From a virus (lineage: Duplodnaviria > Heunggongvirae > Uroviricota > Caudoviricetes): a stretch of 64,000 nt of DNA. The stretch spans positions 22,295 through 86,294 of the IMG/VR virus record IMGVR_UViG_3300037333_000017. One strand, written 5' to 3'. Positions within the stretch are counted from its first letter, which is position 1. Each line of letters begins with the position of its first letter. Below, piece after piece: positions 19,698 through 29,756 of this stretch. The translations under genes were made by a program, and so were the position numbers. The notes under the pieces were generated by a model. The model had not been told where the DNA came from. It saw only the letters and a list, made by a program, of their open reading frames with translations, and made no database searches.

Positions 19698-22055
19698 ATG
19701 AAAGTTAAGAAAAGTGATGGGAGACTAGAGGACTTAGATTTCTCTAAGCCAAGGGCACACCTAATTCGTGCAACAGAAGGACTGAACGCTAGTTACAGCG
19801 ACTTAGAGACAGAAGCGATTGTACAATTCTACGACGGTATAAGTACGTCAGATATTCAGAAACTATACATAAAGTCGGCAGTAGAGCGTACCGATATAGA
19901 TTCTCCAGATTGGACGTACGTAGCGGCGAGACTATTCCTTTACAGTATCTACTCCGAGGTTAAGGTATCTAACGGTTCTACGTCTTTAAGAGATTATTTA
20001 GAGAAGGGAATAAGAGAAGAGCGTTTATTTCATAACCTTGGAGACGGGTATGACCTAGGTATTCTGCAGGACGCGATCGATGAGAGTAGAGACCTGCAGT
20101 TCACGTATCTAGGGTTAAGAACAATGTATGATAGATATCTCATAAAAGGTAGAGACGGTAAGACTATCGAGACGCCTCAGAACATGTTCATGGGTATTGC
20201 AATGTTTTTAGCTAGAGGAGAAGAAGATAAAATGAAATGGTGCCTAGCCTTCTACGGTCTCTTATCTAAGTTTGAGGTTATGGCAGCAACACCAACGCTA
20301 TCTAACGCGAGAACGCCATCCGGCCAATGCTCATCGTGTTACATCGGCTCTACTCCAGATAGCGCTGAAGGTATCGTGTCTGCGTTTAAAGAGATGGTTT
20401 TACTATCGAAGTTCGGAGGAGGAATAGGTTGGGACTGGACAGGTATAAGACCAGCGAGATCATATATAGACGGACATAAAGGCGTTTCCGGTGGCGTTAT
20501 ACCTATGTTAAAGATAACAAACGACATTTCTCTAGCGTTCGACCAACTTGGTACAAGGAAGGGAGCGATAGCTGTATATATGGAACCGTGGCATATGGAC
20601 ATCTTAGATTTCCTAGATATCAAAAAGAACTCAGGAGAAGAACGGAGAAGGGCACATGATTTGTTCCCGGCAGTATGGTTAAATGATGTTTTTATGGAAA
20701 GGGTAAGGGAAGATAAACCGTGGACACTGCTGAGTTCGCACGAATATCCAGAGTTGATAGAACTTCACGGAGAAGACTTTAAAGAGAGATATGAAGAACT
20801 AGAAAAGGTTGCTGAGTTTAAGGAAGTCATATCAGCAAAAGGACTATGGAAGATTATTCTAAAATCATATTTCGAAACAGGGAGTCCTTTTTTAACATTC
20901 AAGGACGAAGCAAATAGAAGGAACCCAAATGGTCACTCCGGCGTTATACGTTCTTCTAACTTATGTACAGAGATTTACCAAAACACAGAACCTTCGAAGA
21001 CCGTCGCGCTAATAACTTTAGAAGACGGTACAGAACTAAAAATACCTGAAAACGAGATTGTGAAGACTGTATCTGGAAGATTAACGAAGCCATATAGGCT
21101 AACTTCTGAGGATTCACTAGCCGTTGACGGAAACGTTAGACGCGTATATTCTGTAGAGAAAACGACAATCGGCGGTTCTACAGCGGTCTGTAACCTAGCG
21201 AGCGTAAACTTATCGAGAGTTAATACACGCGAAGATTTAGAGCGTGTAATACCCATAGCTGTGCGTATGCTAGATAACGTTATAGACCTAAACTTCCACC
21301 CTGTAAAGAAGGTGAAAGATACAAACTTAAGTACGCGTTCTATAGGCCTAGGTGTTATGGGTGAGGCACAACTTCTCGCAGAGAACAAGATTCTGTTCGG
21401 GACAAAAGAACACTATGAATTTATAGATAGAGTAATGGACGACTTCTCTTACTTCACTATTAATGCTTCAGCTGACCTAGCGAGTGAGAAGGGTTCGTCA
21501 TATCCTGAGTTTGAAGGTTCAGACTGGAGTAAAGGTATTTTACCGATACATACAGCAAATGTAAACGCTAAAAAGTTAACATCTGGTACTTCGCGTAATA
21601 ACTGGAAAGAACTTTCTGATAAAGTTAAGGGAGGTATAAGAAACGGGTATCTCATGGCGATAGCTCCAACATCGTCGATATCTATACTGGTCGGAACGTC
21701 ACAAGCTATAGAGCCTATATATAAACGAAAGTGGTTTGAAGAGAACTTATCTGGCCTCATTCCTGTGACAGCACCCAATATCTCTCCAGAGACCTGGAAT
21801 TACTACCCTAGTGCGTACGAGGTAAAGCAAACAGCAATTATCACGGCTGCAGCAGTAAGACAGAAATGGATAGATCAAGGTCAGTCTCTTAATGTATTCG
21901 TAAGACAAGAAGAGACGACTGGCGCAAGACTTAATAAGATCTATATGCTCGCTCATAGGTTAGGTCTTAAATCAACCTACTACCTTAGAAGTACTTCACC
22001 CGAAGAACAGACTGCTGTCCAGGATAGAAGCCAAGAATGCGTAGGATGTCAGTAG
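19698..22055 (+). CDS. nrdA: ribonucleoside-diphosphate reductase large (alpha) subunit, class I-like, with N-terminal ATP-cone
   Basis: N-terminal VKKSDGRLEDLDFSK ATP-cone, active-site SSNLCTEI, C-terminal CVGCQ redox pair. 785 aa. No NrdB is encoded adjacent. Confidence 0.85.
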   Translation: MKVKKSDGRLEDLDFSKPRAHLIRATEGLNASYSDLETEAIVQFYDGISTSDIQKLYIKSAVERTDIDSPDWTYVAARLFLYSIYSEVKVSNGSTSLRDYLEKGIREERLFHNLGDGYDLGILQDAIDESRDLQFTYLGLRTMYDRYLIKGRDGKTIETPQNMFMGIAMFLARGEEDKMKWCLAFYGLLSKFEVMAATPTLSNARTPSGQCSSCYIGSTPDSAEGIVSAFKEMVLLSKFGGGIGWDWTGIRPARSYIDGHKGVSGGVIPMLKITNDISLAFDQLGTRKGAIAVYMEPWHMDILDFLDIKKNSGEERRRAHDLFPAVWLNDVFMERVREDKPWTLLSSHEYPELIELHGEDFKERYEELEKVAEFKEVISAKGLWKIILKSYFETGSPFLTFKDEANRRNPNGHSGVIRSSNLCTEIYQNTEPSKTVALITLEDGTELKIPENEIVKTVSGRLTKPYRLTSEDSLAVDGNVRRVYSVEKTTIGGSTAVCNLASVNLSRVNTREDLERVIPIAVRMLDNVIDLNFHPVKKVKDTNLSTRSIGLGVMGEAQLLAENKILFGTKEHYEFIDRVMDDFSYFTINASADLASEKGSSYPEFEGSDWSKGILPIHTANVNAKKLTSGTSRNNWKELSDKVKGGIRNGYLMAIAPTSSISILVGTSQAIEPIYKRKWFEENLSGLIPVTAPNISPETWNYYPSAYEVKQTAIITAAAVRQKWIDQGQSLNVFVRQEETTGARLNKIYMLAHRLGLKSTYYLRSTSPEEQTAVQDRSQECVGCQ

Positions 22056-22112
22056 ATATAACATATTTTAAGAGCATATCATTATATTGTAAACCAAAAC
22101 AAAGGACATGAA

Positions 22113-22352
22113 ATGCTTAGAAAACCAGAGTTCAAACTCTCTCAGGTGGATAGTACTCACCTAGGGCAGTTAAATCATAAACTTAAAGGAACCATCTGGG
22201 TTCCTTCTTATAAGGTGGAGCTAGTAGCGACAATGGAGAAACTTCATGAAGAAGCCCTCTATTATTGCGAGGAAGCGCTAAACAACAAGAGGAGTTTCTC
22301 GTACAGAGACGAGATGACTAGATTAATGGAGGAGAAAGAGATATGGATATAG
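22113..22352 (+). CDS. hypothetical small protein
   Basis: AAAGGACATGAA RBS. 79 aa. Overlaps the gyrA start by 10 nt. Confidence 0.4.
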   Translation: MLRKPEFKLSQVDSTHLGQLNHKLKGTIWVPSYKVELVATMEKLHEEALYYCEEALNNKRSFSYRDEMTRLMEEKEIWI

Positions 22353-24775
22353 AAGAACAAATAGGAATCGAAGAGGCGATGTCTGGAAGGTACCTAGACT
22401 ATTCACTCAGTGTGATAACAGGAAGAGCGCTACCAGACGTTAGAGACGGTTTAAAACCTGTTCATAGAAGAATACTCTTCAGTATGAATGAATTGAACTT
22501 AGGGTACAAAACACCATATAAGAAGTCGGCTCGTATTGTTGGAGATGTAATCGGTAAATATCACCCGCATGGAGATACCGCTGTCTATGATGCAATGGTT
22601 CGTATGGCTCAAGACTTTAGTATGAACATGCCGTTAATAGACGGACAAGGTAACTACGGGTCTATAGATGGCGACAATGCTGCCGCAATGAGGTATACGG
22701 AAGCACGTATGAGTAAGATGGGGCAGCTCATGTTAGCAGACATCGGTAACAAAACAGTTGACTTCAAACCGAATTACGATGACTCGTTAAAAGAACCAGA
22801 AGTATTACCGACGGTTATACCGTCTCTTTTACTAAACGGTACAGTAGGTATCGCCGTAGGTATGTCTACTACCATACCGCCACATAACCTCAATGAGTTA
22901 TTAGACGCGTTAATGTATGTTATAAAACTATCTGATAAACAGAAGAGTAGGAAAGAGACAGTTCTAAACAATCTTCTTCGTATTGTTAAGGGGCCAGATT
23001 TTCCAACTAATGGTATAATATTCGGTAGGGCAGGTATTGTAGATGCATACAGAACGGGCAAAGGGAAGATACGTATACGCGGTAGAGTAGACGTAGATGA
23101 TACAGGCAAGACAACAAAGCTTGTAATCACAGAACTACCGTATCTTGTAAATAAGACTAAACTCATAGAGTCCATTGCGTCATTAGTTAGAGAGAAGACC
23201 ATTGACGGTATATCTGACATTATGGATAGTTCAGACAGACACGGAATGTCTCTTATTATTACGCTAAAGAAAGGCGCGTATAGTGAAATAGTGTTGAATA
23301 AACTCTATAAACATACCGACCTAGAAAAGAACATGACCATCAACATGCTTGCAATAGTTAACGGTGTTCCGAAACGTTTAAACCTTTTAGATTACCTAAC
23401 GCACTTCATTGATTTTAGAAGGACTGTCGTTATACGTAGAACACTCAACGAGCTAGAAGGCTTAAATAAACGTTTACACATAACTAATGGATTATTAAAA
23501 GCGCTTGATATTATCGATGAAGTTATTTCCGTTATCAGAACATCCAAGTCTGATAGAGACGCGTTAGACTCGCTCATGAGCCTTGGTTTCACAGAAGTAC
23601 AATCGAAAACTATTATGGAGCTTAAACTGAAGAGACTCACGAACCTAGCGCTTGTAAAACTAGAAGACGAGAGAGAAGAACTCGTCGATAGAATAGAGGA
23701 GTGCGATACGATTCTGTCATCTACGGAGAATGTGGACAAAGAGATTATATCAGAATGGAAAGACGTTAAGAGTATCTTTAAAGTAACATCGCGTACAGAG
23801 ATCGTGGACGATTATGACGACATCGGAATCGAGGATATAATACCTAATGAACAAATGGTCGTTACAATAACACATAGGGGGTACATAAAACGTGTTCCAG
23901 CAGCGCTGTACAGAACACAAGAACGAGGAGGTACGGGTAAGAAGTCGTCTACTGTTTACGAAGATGATTTTTTAAAAGACCTATATACGATGTATTCTCA
24001 TGATACCATTATATTCGTAACGAAGTTTGGTAAGGCTTTTAGGTTAAAGGTGTACAAATTACCAGAAGGTTCTAGAACGTCTAAGGGTAAGAACATCGTC
24101 AACCTTATTGAATTGGAAAAGGGTGACAAAATCGTGTCAATGATACCTGCTAGCGATAGCATAGGTAAGGACGCGTCCCTACTCACTGTTACTAAGTTAG
24201 GTATGGTAAAACAGACGAACATGTCGGAGTACGAGAAGATTAGGTCGACAGGTATTATAGCGCTAAAGATAAACGACGGAGATGAGGTCTTGGGTGCCGC
24301 AATTAATGACCCATCCTATAGGTCCCTAATGTTAATAACATCAAACGGCAAAGCCATAAGGTTTAGAACAGCCTTGTTAAAGTTATACTCTAGAAGCACT
24401 AAAGGAGTTAAAGGTATAGATCTTAGAGGAGATGACTATGTGGTTGATTTCGTACTACTTAAGTCTAAAGAGAAGATACTTGTCGTAACTGAATCCGGAA
24501 TAGGTAAGGTATCGGAATCTAAAGACTATAGAACACAAGGTAGAGGCGGTTCAGGTCTGATAGGTATAAAACTCAACGATAAGACGGGTAAGGTTAGGGC
24601 TATGGAAGTTCTAGAGGATAATAAGGACGTTATGTTTCTTACATCATCAGGAAAACTTATACGCGTTAACCCTAATCAACAGAGGTCTGCTGGACGTAAT
24701 ACGACAGGAGTAAAGTTCATTAAGCTTGACAAAGGAGAAACACTTGTAGGTATGTCAAAGGCCGAAAAAGAATAA
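22343..24775 (+). CDS. gyrA: type II topoisomerase subunit A (DNA gyrase A / topoisomerase IV ParC-like) including the C-terminal beta-pinwheel region
   Basis: [33 protein letters not shown] and [10 protein letters not shown] are the canonical GyrA N-terminal motifs, with the catalytic Tyr in AAMRYTE. 810 aa. No GyrB homologue in the window. Confidence 0.85.
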   Translation: MDIEEQIGIEEAMSGRYLDYSLSVITGRALPDVRDGLKPVHRRILFSMNELNLGYKTPYKKSARIVGDVIGKYHPHGDTAVYDAMVRMAQDFSMNMPLIDGQGNYGSIDGDNAAAMRYTEARMSKMGQLMLADIGNKTVDFKPNYDDSLKEPEVLPTVIPSLLLNGTVGIAVGMSTTIPPHNLNELLDALMYVIKLSDKQKSRKETVLNNLLRIVKGPDFPTNGIIFGRAGIVDAYRTGKGKIRIRGRVDVDDTGKTTKLVITELPYLVNKTKLIESIASLVREKTIDGISDIMDSSDRHGMSLIITLKKGAYSEIVLNKLYKHTDLEKNMTINMLAIVNGVPKRLNLLDYLTHFIDFRRTVVIRRTLNELEGLNKRLHITNGLLKALDIIDEVISVIRTSKSDRDALDSLMSLGFTEVQSKTIMELKLKRLTNLALVKLEDEREELVDRIEECDTILSSTENVDKEIISEWKDVKSIFKVTSRTEIVDDYDDIGIEDIIPNEQMVVTITHRGYIKRVPAALYRTQERGGTGKKSSTVYEDDFLKDLYTMYSHDTIIFVTKFGKAFRLKVYKLPEGSRTSKGKNIVNLIELEKGDKIVSMIPASDSIGKDASLLTVTKLGMVKQTNMSEYEKIRSTGIIALKINDGDEVLGAAINDPSYRSLMLITSNGKAIRFRTALLKLYSRSTKGVKGIDLRGDDYVVDFVLLKSKEKILVVTESGIGKVSESKDYRTQGRGGSGLIGIKLNDKTGKVRAMEVLEDNKDVMFLTSSGKLIRVNPNQQRSAGRNTTGVKFIKLDKGETLVGMSKAEKE

Positions 24776-24780
24776 GATTA

Positions 24781-24806
24781 CCATAGCTACGCTAGCGTAG
24801 CTATGG
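24781..24806. terminator. perfect 26-nt palindromic hairpin (ccatagctacgctagcgtagctatgg) followed by a T-rich tract
   Basis: Read directly after the gyrA stop. Confidence 0.55.
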
Positions 24807-25146
24807 TGTCTGGTTTTGATGCGCTAATATAGTCTTCTAGGTCTCCACGTAATTTCGTAGGGTCTATTAGTTTTATATACTCTTCTCCCATGTAGTCATA
24901 GGGGGACTTATACCGGTTGAGTAGTAGCATAATATAGTGTAGACTACTGTCAACCCCAATGTAGGATAAGAGACCATAAAAGTCTCCGGAGTAACTCACA
25001 TTAGCGTTATCCTCTATTTTTTTTATCACTATGTCGTCGTCCGTGTAATTCTCATACAGGAACATAGCTTCCTCACTCTTACTACCAAATACATCTGAGA
25101 GAGTATAGTCAGATATGTTATTTTTCACATTGTCAAAAATTCTCAT
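24787..25146 (-). CDS. hypothetical protein
   Basis: AAGGAG SD on the minus strand. 119 aa. Confidence 0.45.
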   Translation of the reverse strand: MRIFDNVKNNISDYTLSDVFGSKSEEAMFLYENYTDDDIVIKKIEDNANVSYSGDFYGLLSYIGVDSSLHYIMLLLNRYKSPYDYMGEEYIKLIDPTKLRGDLEDYISASKPDTIATLA

Positions 25147-25198
25147 GCGGTCTCCTTCAAGTTAAGAGATTTTACTTGAAATAGACCAGGAGTACAAT

Positions 25199-27292
25199 AT
25201 GGAAGAAGATTTATATAGTCCAGATAAAGAAATAGAGTTTATAGATCCACTAGAGAATCTATTTGATAGGGACTGGATAGAGAATGCATTTATAGTTTCT
25301 ATAGGTAAATTACAAGATGCCGGTAGAGCAAACGCATTCTTTACGTATGCCGATAGAATGTTGACAGATAGTTCTGTCGGTGGGAGTATTGAGATAAACC
25401 CAGAATACCAGTTTACGCGATATGCTGACGTACCTAGACAGGGAAGGGACTTTACTAATGCTCCAGATGGAGAGTTCGGTCCAGTAGATTACAATATGAG
25501 TATAAAGAATAAAAGCGTAAAGGGCTATGCTATTGGTAATGGCAGGTACTATTCCGGAGCTATCGCGATAAACAGAGAAACACTCATCCTAGAGTTTGGT
25601 GTACCTAAGTTCCGGTCTATGTTATCATACTACACTAGAGCGTCAGATAGGCAGAAATCGATTATAGCGAACGAAGGAAGAGACCCTATGTTCTATGAAG
25701 TTGGTCAGTTACTAGGTTACGCTGGACAGATCCTGACCCTTAACGTGGTTACTGTACTCGTATACGCCGGCATGTTCGAGGCTAAAGCACTAGGTGGTAA
25801 TTCAGATAATAGATATTATACGTTAAAACCAACAATGCCGGATTACTGGGCGAGTGTGTCAGCACTGACAACATATATGGCTACAGAACGCGGAGTTCTT
25901 TTACCCGGCCTTACCGATAAAGGGACAAAAGAAAGAATAGGTATGCCGCTTAAAATAAACCAAGGTATGTTAAATGATTTACACGACATCATGCCTGAGG
26001 TCTTCACAAACCTTAACTATATAGATGTCTTTGCCATAGCACAAAGATCTCAAGTCAAGGTTAACAGACAGATCCTTAAAGAAATGGCTACATTCAAAGA
26101 AGGTAGGTTTACAAAGAACCAAGTGATGGGCGCGCTTAATACAAAGACGGGTAAATTAGAAGATGATGTAAACTATGAAGCCTACTTAAAGAAACAGAAA
26201 GAGGTCGGATTCTTCTCATCAGACACCAAAGACGATAAAGAACTACCAGAGGCTGAATCGGCAGAGGGAGATTTTAACTTATACACTATACCGGATAAAC
26301 TATGGACCTATCTTAAGTTACCAATCGAGTATGCGTCATCATACATAAGTGACTTAGGAGAAAATACCCTCGCTAGTATGAAAGATGGCGGCATGACTGT
26401 AGCGTTATCCGTTGAATACGTTACTTCTACATCTATCTCGTTTACAAATACAACAAAAGAGATCCCAGCCAAAGAACGTTTAAATTCTGTAGGAGGCGTT
26501 GCTAGAGATCTGCGGTTTAATTTCTCAGGTGGTAACTTCATAGACGATACACTTAACGATATCACAAATGCAGTTGGAGACGTAGCATCAGGAGCATTAG
26601 ATTCTGTTACGTTCGGTCTATCCAATGTTATAAAGACACTCATGGATGGTGGTTACATGAATTTCCCTAAGATGTACGATAACTCAACTGTATCGCTACC
26701 GTCTATAATGTATAAAATAGTTGTAGCGCCACCATACAATAATCCGGTCAGTAAGATACTAGATATGGACCTAGTCCTATCTGTAATATTGGCCGGCATG
26801 TTGCCCCAATCTGTAGGCGCTGGTACGTACACAAGCCCTAGATTATGTAAGGCGTTTATGCGTGGTAAACAGAACATAGATCTAGGTATGATAACCGAAT
26901 GTACTATACGTACAGGTATAAATAACGTAGCCTACAGTGTAGACGGCAAGACATTAGGGTTAGAAATAACTTTTACAGTAAGTGATTTTAATGAATACTT
27001 CTCGGCGCCGGTCAAGAGTAGCATGCTGGGTGCGTTTGAGATCGGTTTAGATGAGAATAATCCATTAAATAAATACTTATCTACACTAGCAGGTAGGGAT
27101 TACCACTCTACAAGATATATGATGAAGAATGGACTCATACAGTCAAGTAGGGCCGTGATGGGTCTAGCGTCAATAGTATCGCCCGCTCACATAGGGCTAC
27201 TCGCTGGAGACTCACTCCTAGGAAGAGCCGGGGCTATAGCCACAGGAGCTATACTCGATACAACTGCATTATACTTAAGAGATCAGAACTAA
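25199..27292 (+). CDS. hypothetical protein (large; possibly virion structural)
   Basis: CAGGAG RBS. 697 aa, no motifs. Followed by a strong terminator. Confidence 0.5.
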   Translation: MEEDLYSPDKEIEFIDPLENLFDRDWIENAFIVSIGKLQDAGRANAFFTYADRMLTDSSVGGSIEINPEYQFTRYADVPRQGRDFTNAPDGEFGPVDYNMSIKNKSVKGYAIGNGRYYSGAIAINRETLILEFGVPKFRSMLSYYTRASDRQKSIIANEGRDPMFYEVGQLLGYAGQILTLNVVTVLVYAGMFEAKALGGNSDNRYYTLKPTMPDYWASVSALTTYMATERGVLLPGLTDKGTKERIGMPLKINQGMLNDLHDIMPEVFTNLNYIDVFAIAQRSQVKVNRQILKEMATFKEGRFTKNQVMGALNTKTGKLEDDVNYEAYLKKQKEVGFFSSDTKDDKELPEAESAEGDFNLYTIPDKLWTYLKLPIEYASSYISDLGENTLASMKDGGMTVALSVEYVTSTSISFTNTTKEIPAKERLNSVGGVARDLRFNFSGGNFIDDTLNDITNAVGDVASGALDSVTFGLSNVIKTLMDGGYMNFPKMYDNSTVSLPSIMYKIVVAPPYNNPVSKILDMDLVLSVILAGMLPQSVGAGTYTSPRLCKAFMRGKQNIDLGMITECTIRTGINNVAYSVDGKTLGLEITFTVSDFNEYFSAPVKSSMLGAFEIGLDENNPLNKYLSTLAGRDYHSTRYMMKNGLIQSSRAVMGLASIVSPAHIGLLAGDSLLGRAGAIATGAILDTTALYLRDQN

Positions 27293-27294
27293 TA

Positions 27295-27324
27295 GATACA
27301 GTGCGATGCACTGTATCTTTTTTC
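27295..27324 (+). terminator. intrinsic terminator: gatacagtgc-gat-gcactgtatc followed by TTTTTTC
   Basis: Read directly. Confidence 0.65.
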
Positions 27325-27357
27325 TTCATTTGATTTTTTCGATGATAAGGAGTTAAG

Positions 27358-28767
27358 ATGGAAGATATAAAAACAATAGAGTATAAATTTAGTAACTATG
27401 TAGAATTAGAAGAAGATGACTACCACATAGTAAAAGAATTAATACATTATAAAGATGGCACAACAAAACCAAACATAAGAATAATAAAGAATTTCGAAAG
27501 ACCCTTCTGGGTCACTAAACCGAGATATAGAAGACATAAACAGAAGAAAGAATATGAAGAAGAGTCAAAACTACAGAAATTTATGTCGCGACAGATGGAC
27601 TTACCCAATAATATTGCGTCTAAAATAGGTATGAAGGGCTATAAGAAGAATTACTATAGGGATGTATTACGTAGTCCGTATCTGTACGGGTCAGATATAT
27701 CATCATTTGTTATATTGTCGTACTTATACAAGAAGAAATACGGAGAGGTATTTACACCGTATACGGTAGCTACTCTAGATATAGAAGCGGACGTAGACAC
27801 GAGCGAACTAACGATTATCTCTTCATTAATAGGGAATGAGATACGGGTCTGTATTAATAAGGTATTATTCTCAAAAGTACCAAAGATGTCAGACGAGTAT
27901 ATAAAAAGTAAGATTATTCAGATTTATAGAGATAACGCAGATCAACTATACAGAGACATAGACATCAACATAACACTCCATGACAATCAGTTAGAGCCCA
28001 TATTAGAGTGTTTTGAATGGATACACTCAAAGATGCCGGATTTTCTATCCGTGTGGAATATATCGTACGATATTATTAACATAGCTAGAATTCTAGAGTC
28101 ATACGATGTAGATCCGAAGGATGTTTTCTCGGACCCTACAATACCAAAAGAACTAAGATACTATAAGTTCATAAAGGGTAAGAGTAAGAAATTGAAAGCC
28201 GATGGTACGACAGTGAACATCGAGTATCAGGACAGATGGCCGATAGCTAGAACAACAGCATCGTTTATCATAACGGACGCGATGTGTGATTACGCTCAAA
28301 TACGCGTGGGTCAGGGTAAATTAACAGACGGATACGGAATAGATAACGTATGTAAGGTTGAGAACGTTAAGGGTAAGCTATCTATACCTGGAACAATTGA
28401 TCCGGAGAAAGTGTCTAAGAGACTTTACCACAGAAGAATGTCGAATGAATTCCCTATAGAGTACTGCGTGTATAACATTGGGGACAATACAGCCATGAAG
28501 GGTTTGGATGACGCGACAAACGATATTAGGGTAGTTCTCCCTACTCTACTAGGATATAGTCATCATGACTCTTTTAATAGTGGTCCAACAAAAATTGTAG
28601 ATAAACTTTTCGTAGAATTACTAGAGGATAATTTAATACTAGGTACTAAACCATATAGCAAGGAGAATGATAAGGTTCTAGGTCTAGATAAGTGGATTAT
28701 TACTCTAGAGGCGTCACGTATCATATATGATACGGTAGACGTCACTAGTTATAATATGAAAAAATAA
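27358..28767 (+). CDS. family B (T4-like) DNA polymerase N-terminal/3'-5' exonuclease domain encoded as a separate gene (split polymerase) or stand-alone DEDDy exonuclease
   Basis: Exo I LDIEADVD (D-x-E), Exo II WNISYDIINI (N...YD, cf. T4 F/YDxxY), Exo III YCVYNIGD (cf. T4/RB69 Y-N-I-I-D). No polymerase motifs (DxxSLYPS, KxxxNSxYG, YGDTDS) in this ORF or in adjacent ORFs. Confidence 0.55.
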   Translation: MEDIKTIEYKFSNYVELEEDDYHIVKELIHYKDGTTKPNIRIIKNFERPFWVTKPRYRRHKQKKEYEEESKLQKFMSRQMDLPNNIASKIGMKGYKKNYYRDVLRSPYLYGSDISSFVILSYLYKKKYGEVFTPYTVATLDIEADVDTSELTIISSLIGNEIRVCINKVLFSKVPKMSDEYIKSKIIQIYRDNADQLYRDIDINITLHDNQLEPILECFEWIHSKMPDFLSVWNISYDIINIARILESYDVDPKDVFSDPTIPKELRYYKFIKGKSKKLKADGTTVNIEYQDRWPIARTTASFIITDAMCDYAQIRVGQGKLTDGYGIDNVCKVENVKGKLSIPGTIDPEKVSKRLYHRRMSNEFPIEYCVYNIGDNTAMKGLDDATNDIRVVLPTLLGYSHHDSFNSGPTKIVDKLFVELLEDNLILGTKPYSKENDKVLGLDKWIITLEASRIIYDTVDVTSYNMKK

Positions 28768-28774
28768 TCATAAG

Positions 28775-28841
28775 TATATTATATACACGTATAAACTAGA
28801 TGTGCCGTAAGGCTAACTAAATTAAAACAAAAGGATAAAAG
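28775..28841 (+). promoter_or_regulatory. copy B of the 67-bp repeated intergenic element (see 4675-4742)
   Basis: One substitution and one A indel relative to copy A. Ends in the RBS AAAAGGATAAAAG before ATG 28842. Confidence 0.55.
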
Positions 28842-29756
28842 ATGGTATTGCCATATTTAACAAAGAACAAAATAAGAGAGGTTGAGAAGGTGATTGTAGA
28901 ACTTCTCAAAGGGAACGGGATAAAAATGTCGAATGACAGTATAGAGAGAGTAAACTCTATAAACGCCGTTATTAATCACGCAATGTCAAAAGTACTAACA
29001 GAGTACAGGCCTCCAGAGGAGGAGGAGCTCATTGGGACGCTAAAAGAGCGTTTAGTATCAAATAAGGCGTTAGGGCACGATGAAGTATCTTCCACGATAG
29101 ATACAGTGCGTGAACTAGGTATAACAATACCGTCGTTCCTGATAAAGAATAGAGAGCTTAAACTCCCTCTAATGGAAGAGAGCGACATAGGTTCTACCAG
29201 AGAACTATTGGAGTATCTGAATTTTAAAATATTTAAAAAGACTATCCTTGTGAAGTCTGATAATACCATAAGAGACTTCCGTCTGACCGACCCAACACCA
29301 TATATCGATATAAAAAGACTAAGTATAAACAAACTTGCCTTAGACGCGCTAAGGTATAAAAAACCATTTATTGCCCTATTCAAACATACGAGCAATAAAG
29401 AGCTGTCGAGATTCTGCAACAAGGTGATGAGGCGCTCGAAGAAAAAATTCATACCGATCGAGACACCGAAGTATAAACTACTTACGTCAGAAGAGATGAG
29501 AGTACTTCCGTTTAGGACAGTACTGTCAAAGTTAACGAACGAGGACCTAGTAAAGGTTCATAACGCATTCGCGGTAAGGTTAATGGCGGAAGTCGGAGAC
29601 CCCATAGAGGTTAGTATAAGAGGCAGACGAAAGACGACGTACCCGTTTAAGCGTCTAGCTAACAGAGAGAAATTCAAATATATTCTCTCAGAACTGAAAA
29701 AGAGGGACTTCGAGACGTGGACGACAAAGAAAAGAGCGCCACATGCGCGGTACTGA
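28842..29756 (+). CDS. hypothetical basic protein
   Basis: 304 aa, Lys/Arg-rich, no motifs. Confidence 0.5.
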   Translation: MVLPYLTKNKIREVEKVIVELLKGNGIKMSNDSIERVNSINAVINHAMSKVLTEYRPPEEEELIGTLKERLVSNKALGHDEVSSTIDTVRELGITIPSFLIKNRELKLPLMEESDIGSTRELLEYLNFKIFKKTILVKSDNTIRDFRLTDPTPYIDIKRLSINKLALDALRYKKPFIALFKHTSNKELSRFCNKVMRRSKKKFIPIETPKYKLLTSEEMRVLPFRTVLSKLTNEDLVKVHNAFAVRLMAEVGDPIEVSIRGRRKTTYPFKRLANREKFKYILSELKKRDFETWTTKKRAPHARY

